Below are positions 6,405 to 13,768 of a stretch of 32,000 bases of DNA, one piece after another. The notes beneath the pieces are model-generated. The model saw nothing but the letters and a program-made list of their open reading frames with translations, had not been told where the DNA came from and ran no database searches. Both the position numbers and the translations under genes were made by a program. Where the stretch lies: the NCBI RefSeq assembly GCF_000186885.1, contig NC_014972.1:420001-452000 (forward strand). The letters are read 5' to 3'. Numbering within the stretch: position 1 is the stretch's first letter; each line of letters opens with the position of its first letter. Source of the DNA: Desulfobulbus propionicus DSM 2032 (GTDB lineage Bacteria; Desulfobacterota; Desulfobulbia; Desulfobulbales; Desulfobulbaceae).

Positions 6405-7139
6405 ATGACGCTATCCTTGTGTGCCAGCGAACTCGACCGTCAATCACCCTTTGGTTTTACTTGTCGTCGCTGCCTTACTTGTTGTCGCTTCAAGAAGATT
6501 CAGCTCAACCCGTACGAAACCGCCCGCCTGGCTGGTCGTTTGGGAATCTCCACCACCGATTTCATTGCTCGCTATACCACCGGCGGCACCGTGTTGCGCT
6601 TTGATGATCAAGGTGCCTGCGTTTTTCTGCAGGCCGACGGTTGTACGGTTCATCCCGACCGGCCGCTAGTGTGTCGGCTGTATCCGCTTGGCCGCTACGT
6701 TGATTCCCTGGGCGTGGAAACCTTTGCCCAGCTGGCCCTTGAGGATGGTTGTCAGGGAGAGCTCCATGCCCAAGGCACCATTGCCCGCTACCTGCAGGAC
6801 CAAGAGGCCTTTCCCTTCATGGAAGCCGCTGACCTCTATCTCGATCTGCTATGGTATCTTGTCGAACATCTACATGAGCAGGATCTTGCACCACTCCAGG
6901 CAACAGCGGTCAGCGACGCGGCGGGGGGAGAGGCCGAAGCGGAAAGCGATGATAGGTGCCAACTGGTCTGGATTGACCTTGATCGGACGGTGCGCGAATA
7001 CTGCCAACGCACCGGCACCCCGGTGCCCGGCGACATCGATGCACGGATGAAACTGCAAATAAAGGCTGTCCGGCAGTGGGCAGCACAACCTCAAGGAGGA
7101 GACAGGTATGGAAACGACCCAGAACCGGCAGGTGGATAA
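6405..7139 (+). CDS. YkgJ-family (UPF0153) Cys-cluster Zn/Fe-S protein
   Basis: The CRRCLTCCRF motif and downstream CVFL...CTVHPDRPLVCRLYP match the family. GAGGA lies 5 nt before the ATG at 6405. The ORF track starts at a GTG at 6393. Confidence 0.7.
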   Translation: MTLSLCASELDRQSPFGFTCRRCLTCCRFKKIQLNPYETARLAGRLGISTTDFIARYTTGGTVLRFDDQGACVFLQADGCTVHPDRPLVCRLYPLGRYVDSLGVETFAQLALEDGCQGELHAQGTIARYLQDQEAFPFMEAADLYLDLLWYLVEHLHEQDLAPLQATAVSDAAGGEAEAESDDRCQLVWIDLDRTVREYCQRTGTPVPGDIDARMKLQIKAVRQWAAQPQGGDRYGNDPEPAGG

Positions 7140-7419
7140 GGACCAACAAGCAGCGAATCACTCGCTGAAAAAAAGTTTGGCGATTGCAACGGTGGCGGTT
7201 TCGCTGGGTATCGCCTTGGGGGTGGATGTCGTTGATGTCCTGGCAGGAGAAGGACCGGGCAGTCCTCCAACGCGCGCCCTTTCTCGTCAGGACAAGGATC
7301 TTGTTTCAAAGCAGCATAAGGATGTCAGTCAGATCCAGCAATCGACGCGACAGTCGATTAATCAGTCGAAACAAATCAAAATCGATAGCCACCCCTCTCA
7401 GACCATCTACGGAAAATAA
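7108..7419 (+). CDS. Small single-TM hypothetical protein (103 aa)
   Basis: A strong AGGAGG precedes the ATG. It has a TM segment (LAIATVAVSLGIALGV) and a Q/S/K-rich tail, and it overlaps the preceding gene by 32 nt. Confidence 0.5.
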   Translation: METTQNRQVDKDQQAANHSLKKSLAIATVAVSLGIALGVDVVDVLAGEGPGSPPTRALSRQDKDLVSKQHKDVSQIQQSTRQSINQSKQIKIDSHPSQTIYGK

Positions 7420-7454
7420 AAACAATCTTCCGGTTTCTTTTCCGCGTTGTTTTT

Positions 7455-7484
7455 CCGGCCACGGCGGCTTGCTTCCGTGGCCGG
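7455..7484 (+). terminator. GC-rich hairpin, possible terminator
   Basis: The 10-bp stem CCGGCCACGG / CCGTGGCCGG is perfect, with a 10-nt loop. The trailing U-tract is weak (TTCTCGCTT). Confidence 0.3.
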
Positions 7485-7814
7485 TTCTCGCTTGACACCT
7501 TCAACGCGGTATAAAAACTCCTCGCCGATCAGGCGGTTGACAATAGCAAAGGAATATGGATGCCAGGTCCAGATCTTCGGCTGTTTGGGGCCGGTGTTGG
7601 CTCCATGAACTAGCCCCGCCAGCCAGCGGTTATCCTATTCGCGCTGAGCCAAGACACATTTAATCCTCAGTTTTTATGCGAATCGATTGTGAGCCGGTGT
7701 ACATTCTCTTATTCTAGCCGAGGACAGAACCATCTCTTGAGCGGAGTTCCTTGCCTTGTCTGGAGAGATGCCCCTTTTTCATGAGGGAATGAAAACCACC
7801 ACCTTTTTTCGTTA

Positions 7815-9704
7815 GTGCCCATGCCCACACTCATTGTTTGTCAGGATGCCCACGATTATCGGGTGATCGATTTTGTCGGCTCGGTCACCATCGGTCGCGA
7901 AAACGATAACGACCTTGTGCTGGCCTCACCCCAGGTTTCCCGGCACCATGCATCCGTCGCTCAGCGGGAAAACGGCGACTACATGCTGTTTGATCATGAA
8001 AGTACCAACGGTGTCTGGATGGAGCAGCGCCGGGTCAACGGTGTCCGTCTCGGCCACGGGGCAAGCTTTCGCATCACCAACTTTTCTTTTACCTTCCTTG
8101 ATGAACAGCACGATGACCGCCCTTCGAAAGTGTTTGCCTCGGAGGGCGAGAGCGGGCCGCCTGCACGGCAACGACCGCTGGATTCGGCCACTGTTCTTTT
8201 TAATCGGGGATCGGATTCGGCGGCCGAGGCGCCCGCCGTAGAACGGCCTGCTCCCTTGATGAATGAGGAAACGGTGGCGATGGTACCCCTTGCCAGCCTG
8301 TTTCTCGCCCTGCAGACCATTGACGAGGCCATCACCTTGGGCGAGCGGATTCTGGCTGGCGCCGTGCAGTTGACCGGAGCTGATCGCGGCTTTCTCGCCC
8401 TGCTCAACGAGAAGAACGAACTGTTATACACGGCGACCCACCGGTTCGATCCGCGCAAGGACAGTCTGGAGATCAGCCGGGAGGCGGTTCAACTGGTGAT
8501 GGAGCAATGCCGTTCGATCCGGATCGAAGAGGAGGGACAGGAACGACGCAAGGGCAAGGGCCGAGCCCGCTCGGTGCTCTGTGTGCCGCTGGTGCGCGAG
8601 GACAAGGCGTCCGGCTGCCTGTATCTCGATCACCCAAACGATGCTTTTTTCGACGTTGCGGCGCAGAGCCTTCTCGAAATTCTGGCCTTGCACGGTGCCG
8701 TCCTGCTCGACAATCTCAATAGCCGCCAACGGCTGTTTCGGGAGCGAGAATCCCTCAAATCCCGGCTTGCCTCCAAGGATGAAACCATTGTCAAGAGCGA
8801 GAAAATGGTCAAGCTCTATGAGGATATCCGCACCATTGCCGCCATCAATGTGCCGGTGTTCATCCAGGGCGAGGCCGGCAGCGGCAAGGAGCATGTGGCT
8901 GCGGCGCTGCATGCTTTTTCCCAGCGCAAGGGAGCGTATATCCCTCTGAACTGCTCGGCCATTCCCGAAGGCATTTTTGAAAGCGAGCTGTTCGGTTCAA
9001 AAAAAGGCGCCTTTCACGAGGCGATCGACAAGCCGGGCAAACTGGAATTGGCTGATGGCGGCACCCTGTTTCTCGATGAAGTGGCCGATATGTCCCTTGC
9101 CCTGCAGCCCAAGCTGCTGCGGTTTCTTGAAAACGGCGAGATCACCCGTCTGGGTGATACCCGCAGCCGCCGGTTGGATGTGCGGGTGGTGACCGCCACC
9201 AACCGTGATGTGGCCGCGATGATCCAGGAACATCAATTCCGCGACGACCTGTTCCAGCGGCTTTCCTGCTTTACCCTCAAGGTGCCGCCGTTGCGCGAGC
9301 GGCTGGAGGATATCGAGCCTCTGAGCCATTATTTCCTGGAGAAGTTCTCGGCCGAGTACAATTGGAAAACGCCCCGCCTGACCGAGAGTGCCCTGCAACG
9401 GCTCACCCAGTACCCGTGGCCCGGTAATGTCCGCCAGTTGCGCAACGTGCTGTTGCGCCTCGCCGTTCAGTCCCAGGGCAGAATGATCACCGAGCGTGAT
9501 ATACTGGCTCTCTCCGATGAATTCGGCAGCAAGGAGGAACCGGCACGGATCGAAGTCTTTCCCAGCCTGGAAGAGATGGAGAAGAACCACCTTCGGGCGG
9601 CCCTGGAGCGGGCGGACGGCAACATCTCCGATGCCGCGGCCTTGGTGGGAATCGCCCGTTCCACCTTTTACCAAAAAATGAAAAAGTACGAAATTTCAAT
9701 ATAA
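7815..9704 (+). CDS. FHA-GAF-AAA+ sigma-54-dependent transcriptional activator with a C-terminal Fis-type HTH (629 aa)
   Basis: The FHA domain shows GRENDNDLVLASPQVSRHHASV...STNGVW, and a GAF-like middle region follows. The AAA+ domain has Walker A GEAGSGKE, Walker B TLFLDEV and a GAFHEA loop in place of GAFTGA. The HTH is NISDAAALVGIARSTFYQKMKK. The start is a GTG at 7815, or an ATG at 7821. Confidence 0.9.
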   Translation: MPMPTLIVCQDAHDYRVIDFVGSVTIGRENDNDLVLASPQVSRHHASVAQRENGDYMLFDHESTNGVWMEQRRVNGVRLGHGASFRITNFSFTFLDEQHDDRPSKVFASEGESGPPARQRPLDSATVLFNRGSDSAAEAPAVERPAPLMNEETVAMVPLASLFLALQTIDEAITLGERILAGAVQLTGADRGFLALLNEKNELLYTATHRFDPRKDSLEISREAVQLVMEQCRSIRIEEEGQERRKGKGRARSVLCVPLVREDKASGCLYLDHPNDAFFDVAAQSLLEILALHGAVLLDNLNSRQRLFRERESLKSRLASKDETIVKSEKMVKLYEDIRTIAAINVPVFIQGEAGSGKEHVAAALHAFSQRKGAYIPLNCSAIPEGIFESELFGSKKGAFHEAIDKPGKLELADGGTLFLDEVADMSLALQPKLLRFLENGEITRLGDTRSRRLDVRVVTATNRDVAAMIQEHQFRDDLFQRLSCFTLKVPPLRERLEDIEPLSHYFLEKFSAEYNWKTPRLTESALQRLTQYPWPGNVRQLRNVLLRLAVQSQGRMITERDILALSDEFGSKEEPARIEVFPSLEEMEKNHLRAALERADGNISDAAALVGIARSTFYQKMKKYEISI

Positions 9705-9725
9705 TAAGAATTGAATCGCTTTGCT

Positions 9726-9774
9726 TGTAGGAAAATCGAACAGGCGAACACGCTGTCTGTCCGATTTTCCTACA
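9726..9774 (+). promoter_or_regulatory. Long inverted repeat: activator-gene terminator or enhancer (UAS) for the downstream sigma-54 promoter
   Basis: TGTAGGAAAATCG (9726-9738) and CGATTTTCCTACA (9762-9774) pair perfectly. The repeat is extendable to 19 bp with one mismatch, and each arm reads TGT-N11-ACA. It lies 22 nt after the activator stop and ~210-255 bp upstream of the -24/-12 element. Confidence 0.4.
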
Positions 9775-9836
9775 ATTTGCTCTTTGCCTGAAAATTCCCT
9801 TTTTTCAAGATGATCACTCTTTTTCTCCTCCGCGCT

Positions 9837-9851
9837 GTTCGATTTTCGAAC
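9837..9851 (+). promoter_or_regulatory. Palindrome GTTCGA-TTT-TCGAAC, candidate enhancer-binding site
   Basis: This perfect 6-3-6 palindrome lies ~135 bp upstream of the -24/-12 promoter. Confidence 0.3.
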
Positions 9852-9981
9852 ATTTGCGCGATCCCCCGCAAGGGAACCCCCGAGGGGGTGCCTCCGGTGG
9901 CCATCGCCGGTACAGCTGGCTTGGAAATGATGATGCCATATTTCAGTGTGTTGCGACTCGTTCGCGGCGCAAATCTGCACT

Positions 9982-9997
9982 TGGCACGCTCGTTGCT
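9982..9997 (+). promoter_or_regulatory. Sigma-54 (-24/-12) promoter TGGCACGCTCGTTGCT
   Basis: It matches TGGCACG-N4-TTGCW exactly, with GG at 9983-9984, GC at 9995-9996 and correct spacing. It lies ~75 nt upstream of the first operon ATG (10072) and directly downstream of a sigma-54 activator gene. Confidence 0.75.
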
Positions 9998-10071
9998 TTA
10001 GCTGTGGCAACCAGTTTTGCTGTCTGTCAGCATAAGAACGAACATCAAGCACCTATTTGAGGAGGTTCATC

Positions 10072-10920
10072 ATGAAAAAAACAGTTTTCACAGCCGCTGT
10101 TATCTTTGCTTTGTCCGCCGGAGTTGCCCATGCCGATCATCGTGATCGCGGCGACTCGACGTTGCTGGGTTCTTTCGGCAGCAAACATCGAGGCGGGGCG
10201 ATCCATCACAACACCTTTGCCGCGCAGCCCATCACCAACACCAATTCCAACGTCATCACCATCAATACCTCGGCAACCCAGACCGCCACCCAGACCGCAA
10301 GCGCCACTTCGCCGGTGACCCAGACAACAACTTCCACCTCCACCTCTGACTCCGGCAGCAACGCCACCGCCACCAGCAGCAACACAGACAGTTCCACCAC
10401 CACGGCTGGCACCGATACCTCAGCCTCCACCACCGATTCGACCACGGACAGCACCACGGATACCACGGCGTCGACCACCGACAGCACCGATACCGCCGCT
10501 GACAGCACGGCCGATACCGCGACCGATGCCACCGCCGATGCCACGACCACCAGCGAGCAGAACGACGACCAGGATGGTCTCCAGGCCGAGATCCGCAACG
10601 AAATCAAAGGAGTTGGCAATATCTCCAGCACCATCTCCGGTGGCAACAACAACTTGGCCAACGCCGCCTCCATCTCCGTAGGCGGCAGTGCTCAGAGCAC
10701 TGATTCCATCATCAACAAGGTCAGTTCCGCCGGCAACATCTCCAGTTCGATCAAAGGCGGCAACAACAACCGCGCCAATGCAGCGTCCATCTCCATGGGC
10801 GGCGGCATCGCGGTCAAAGGCCGGGTGATCAACGAGGTTGAGGGCGCCGGCGATATTTCCAGTTCCATCGAGGGCGGCAACAACAACCAGGCTAACGCCG
10901 GTTCCATCGCCATCAACTGA
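10072..10920 (+). CDS. Secreted repeat protein A: signal peptide, Thr/Ser/Asp-rich linker, three 39-aa GGNNNxANAxSI (curlin-like) repeats
   Basis: GAGGAGG lies 6 nt before the ATG at 10072 (the ORF track uses a TTG at 10057). The signal peptide ends AHA. The GGCAACAACAAC motif occurs at 10642, 10759 and 10876, exactly 117 nt apart. Confidence 0.7.
   Translation: MKKTVFTAAVIFALSAGVAHADHRDRGDSTLLGSFGSKHRGGAIHHNTFAAQPITNTNSNVITINTSATQTATQTASATSPVTQTTTSTSTSDSGSNATATSSNTDSSTTTAGTDTSASTTDSTTDSTTDTTASTTDSTDTAADSTADTATDATADATTTSEQNDDQDGLQAEIRNEIKGVGNISSTISGGNNNLANAASISVGGSAQSTDSIINKVSSAGNISSSIKGGNNNRANAASISMGGGIAVKGRVINEVEGAGDISSSIEGGNNNQANAGSIAIN
10267..10554 (+). repeat. Low-complexity Thr/Ser/Asp/Ala-coding tract inside protein A
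   Basis: I count 39 Thr and 20 Ser in 96 residues. The DNA is built from reiterated ACC/ACG/GAC/AGC/GAT units (for example ACCACCGATTCGACCACGGACAGCACCACGGATACCACG). Confidence 0.8.
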
Positions 10921-11009
10921 TGTGCTTCCTCCCTCCGTGTCGCGGTCCGCATGTGCTGCGGCACGGAGTATCCCCTATTGCAAATGTTATCCTTCTGCGG
11001 AGAACCATC

Positions 11010-11603
11010 ATGAAAGTCCTGCATATTCTTACCATCGGCGCCCTGCTGCTGGCACCGGCCCTCAGCCAGGCGGACATGCTCGGCCTGCGCGTCGAGAACC
11101 GGGTCAAGGGCGGCGAGTACAGCGCCCGAACCAAGGGCAACAACAACATCGCCAACGCGGCCTCGATCAACATGACCGGCAGCACGGCGCGCGAGGTCAA
11201 CAATCGGGTTCAGGCCGCCGGCGCGATCTCCGCCTCGGCCACCGGCAACAACAACACCGTCAACAGCGCTTCGGTGCAGATGCAGAACTCGACCGCCGGT
11301 AAAGTGTCCAATACGGTCAAGGTTGATTCCATCGGCAACACGGTGCGGGGCAACAACAACATCTCCAATATCGGTTCGGTGTCGATGCGCAATTCCGCGG
11401 CCGGCGTGGTGACTTCCGAAGTGACCGGAGGTCAGTTGAACGGCGTGATCGACGGCAACAACAACCGCCTCAATGTCGGGTCGGTGCAGATGACCGAGGC
11501 CCAGCGCGGTGAGGTAATGACCAAAACCGATCTCGGCAACGTCTCGGTGTCGATGTCCGGCAGCAATTCCAGCGTGGCCATCGATTCGGTGGTCGCCAAC
11601 TGA
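11010..11603 (+). CDS. Secreted repeat protein B: signal peptide plus five ~35-aa GNNNxxNxxSV (curlin-like) repeats (197 aa)
   Basis: The signal peptide is MKVLHILTIGALLLAPALSQA. GGCAACAACAAC occurs at 11136, 11244, 11349 and 11454 (spacing 108, 105 and 105 nt), followed by one degenerate terminal repeat (SGSNSSVAIDSV). The ORF-track start at 10920 is an upstream extension. Confidence 0.7.
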   Translation: MKVLHILTIGALLLAPALSQADMLGLRVENRVKGGEYSARTKGNNNIANAASINMTGSTAREVNNRVQAAGAISASATGNNNTVNSASVQMQNSTAGKVSNTVKVDSIGNTVRGNNNISNIGSVSMRNSAAGVVTSEVTGGQLNGVIDGNNNRLNVGSVQMTEAQRGEVMTKTDLGNVSVSMSGSNSSVAIDSVVAN

Positions 11604-11623
11604 CAGCGACGGAGGATCATTCC

Positions 11624-11947
11624 ATGCAAACGATCACCGCGACCCTGGTGCTGTCCCTGCTGCTGACGGGAATCTTCCGCGCGGACCCCGTCCGCGCCGA
11701 CGACCTCGATGACGGCATCACCATTGATGATTCGGCCTATTCGTACGGCAATATCAGCAGTTCGAGCCAAAATTTCTCCTATCTCGCCCAGCGGGCGCGG
11801 AGCAAGGCCGCATCGGGGTCCGGTGACGTGGTCCTGTCCGACAGCGGCGCGCTCAACAGCGTCATCCTCGATGCAGGGGCGCAGATCAATGGCGACATCA
11901 TCATCATCGATGATTCTTCGGGCGACAAGACCGTTATTTCCAATTAA
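11624..11947 (+). CDS. Small secreted hypothetical protein (107 aa)
   Basis: It has a GGAGGA RBS and the signal peptide MQTITATLVLSLLLTGIFRADPVRA. The mature part is Asp/Ser/Ile-rich. It sits where a curli accessory factor would, but I recognise no similarity. Confidence 0.55.
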   Translation: MQTITATLVLSLLLTGIFRADPVRADDLDDGITIDDSAYSYGNISSSSQNFSYLAQRARSKAASGSGDVVLSDSGALNSVILDAGAQINGDIIIIDDSSGDKTVISN

Positions 11948-11966
11948 TCCAGCGTGAGGGACGAGC

Positions 11967-13460
11967 ATGCCGTTTGTGACCATCAGACCCCGATCCCGGC
12001 GAGCGCCGGGCCTTTTGCTGTTGATGCTGCCGCTGGTTTTCCTGGGGCTGACCTCCTGCTCCTCGATTGACCCGCGCCAGGTGGATGTTGATCTGCCGTC
12101 GGACATGCCGGAGGTCAAGGAAACCAGCTTCGACAAGCCGCTGGCCGAATTGGGGCGGATGACCCAGATCTACGGCAAGCGGGCTTATATTCAGGGCAAG
12201 GATATCACCGACTTCACCGGCCTTTCCACCTATGGGTACGGTGAGATCCCGCGTGACATCACCGAGATGACCAAAAGCGCGCTCAACGCCATCGGCGGCA
12301 ACGTGGTCTACATCCCCTACAGTCCGGTGTTCATCAACAACCAGATGGTGACCGGTTATTCCAATTTCCAGGGCAAGCTGATTCCCGATGTCGTCCTCTC
12401 CGGCGGCATCACCGAATTTGACCGGGGCCTGGAAACCAGGGGCAGCAACACCGATTTCGGTGTGACCACCAAACCGTTCAACGTCAACGAATCCTGGGTG
12501 CCAGGCGATACCATATCCCTCGATTACAACCAGGAAGATCAGGATAGCCTGGCCCGGATCACCCTTGATTTCAACCTGCTCGATTTCCAGACCATGTCTG
12601 GCGTGGCCCGCATGCAGACGGTCAACACCATCAACGTCTACAAGGCGGTCAAGGAAAAAGAGCTCGGCTTTACCATCTTTGGCCCGACCTTCGGCCTCAA
12701 GGGCACGGTCAAGAAGGTGCAGGGCCGGCATGCGGCCATCCGTCTGCTGGTCCAGACCAGTGTGCTGCAGATCGTCGGCAAATACCTCTATCTGCCCTAC
12801 TGGAAGCTGATCCCCAACATGAAGCCCGATCCAGTGGTGCTCGACAAGATCCGTCAGGATTTCCGCAACCTGAGCCAAACCGACAAGGTCGGCGAAATGC
12901 AGACCTGTCTCTACCTCAAGGGGTACAATGTGCCAGTTACCGGCCAGCTCGATGCCCAGACCCAGTCCGCTCTGACCAGCTTCAAGCAGCAGTATGCAGT
13001 CCAGGGGGCGGGTGACGCCGAATTGTATGTCGCGCTGTGGAGTTCACTGGGTGACAACATGGAGCAGGTATCCTATCGCCGCGAACTGCTGGCCAGGGCC
13101 TTGGAGAATCCAAGCCAGCAGGCGGCGGTCGCCAAGGCGCCGGCGAAGAAGGAACCGGCCAAAGAGGTGGCCAACAGGGCGGCTGCACCTTCCGAGAAGG
13201 TGGCGACCCGCAAGGCGGCCGACAAATCCAGCGGGAAAAAGGATGTTCCGGCCCAGCGACGGGCCAGTTCCGGCCCGGCTGCCGTGGCCAGCACCGCGCC
13301 ATCCGAGATCAAGGCCGCAGGATCGGTCTCGAAAGAATCGACTCCTGTCAACCAGGACAAGGATCGCAACGACATCGCCCAGGTGTTGCGTAGTCAGCCG
13401 GTCCTGGGGAATAAAAATTCAGCGGAGGCAATGATCAATGAAAGGCGCATGGCCGAATAA
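11967..13460 (+). CDS. CsgG/HfaB-family outer-membrane lipoprotein fused to a peptidoglycan-binding-like domain and an Ala/Lys/Pro-rich tail (497 aa)
   Basis: The lipobox is LGLTSC. CsgG-like blocks are present (DITEMTKSALNAIGGNVVYIPY, DVVLSGGITEFDRGLE, ITLDFNLLDFQT, and AAIRLLVQTSVLQIVGKYL). A PG_binding_1-like segment follows (MQTCLYLKGYNVPVTGQLDAQTQSALTSFKQQY). Confidence 0.7.
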   Translation: MPFVTIRPRSRRAPGLLLLMLPLVFLGLTSCSSIDPRQVDVDLPSDMPEVKETSFDKPLAELGRMTQIYGKRAYIQGKDITDFTGLSTYGYGEIPRDITEMTKSALNAIGGNVVYIPYSPVFINNQMVTGYSNFQGKLIPDVVLSGGITEFDRGLETRGSNTDFGVTTKPFNVNESWVPGDTISLDYNQEDQDSLARITLDFNLLDFQTMSGVARMQTVNTINVYKAVKEKELGFTIFGPTFGLKGTVKKVQGRHAAIRLLVQTSVLQIVGKYLYLPYWKLIPNMKPDPVVLDKIRQDFRNLSQTDKVGEMQTCLYLKGYNVPVTGQLDAQTQSALTSFKQQYAVQGAGDAELYVALWSSLGDNMEQVSYRRELLARALENPSQQAAVAKAPAKKEPAKEVANRAAAPSEKVATRKAADKSSGKKDVPAQRRASSGPAAVASTAPSEIKAAGSVSKESTPVNQDKDRNDIAQVLRSQPVLGNKNSAEAMINERRMAE

Positions 13461-13758
13461 TTTCGGAGGCGGTTTGCTGGCGGGGGGGCTGGTGGTCCTG
13501 TTGGCCGGTCTGCTCATGGGAGCGGTTCATCACGATCCGCCTTCCCTGCCGGTGGCGGTGCTCGACCCGCAGGTGGAACGGCCCGTGCCCCTTGCCAGCA
13601 ATGGTCGTTATCAGATTGTCACCTGGCAGGGCGGCGGCGGATACGGGGCCTTTGTCCTCGACACCGCGACCGGCACCACCAAGGTCGCCTACAGCTCGAT
13701 CAAAGGACCGGGTGGCAAAAGCGTCAACAATATCGGCAAACCCTTTGCCCAGATGTAA
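13438..13758 (+). CDS. Small membrane-anchored hypothetical protein (106 aa)
   Basis: It has a GGAGG RBS and one N-terminal TM segment (GGLLAGGLVVLLAGLLMGAV). It overlaps the upstream gene by 23 nt. Confidence 0.5.
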   Translation: MKGAWPNNFGGGLLAGGLVVLLAGLLMGAVHHDPPSLPVAVLDPQVERPVPLASNGRYQIVTWQGGGGYGAFVLDTATGTTKVAYSSIKGPGGKSVNNIGKPFAQM

Positions 13759-13768
13759 GGAGTATGCA

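Noticed and set aside
10267-11603. The reiterated DNA motifs considered as a CRISPR array or other non-coding tandem repeat
   Set aside because: The periodicity is in-frame (multiples of 3) within ORFs that have signal peptides and RBSs. No repeat-spacer structure exists, and I saw no CRISPR array anywhere in the window.
11432-12878. Minus-strand ORFs 11432..12136 (234 aa) and 11934..12878 (314 aa)
   Set aside because: They lie antisense to well-supported + strand genes (repeat protein B, the small secreted protein and the CsgG-like lipoprotein). Their translations are Arg/Gly/Asp/His-rich with no motifs, which is typical of shadow ORFs in GC-rich DNA.
13592-13768. Upstream extensions of ORF-track entries (13592 for the VWA gene; also 18713 for the lipoprotein, 10920 for repeat protein B, 23519 for pta, 29637 for radical SAM and 23485 for uvdE)
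   Set aside because: The extensions overlap the preceding genes or cross intergenic DNA and encode Arg/Pro-rich sequence. Internal ATGs with good RBSs and sensible N-termini (signal peptide, lipobox or family-typical start) are available.
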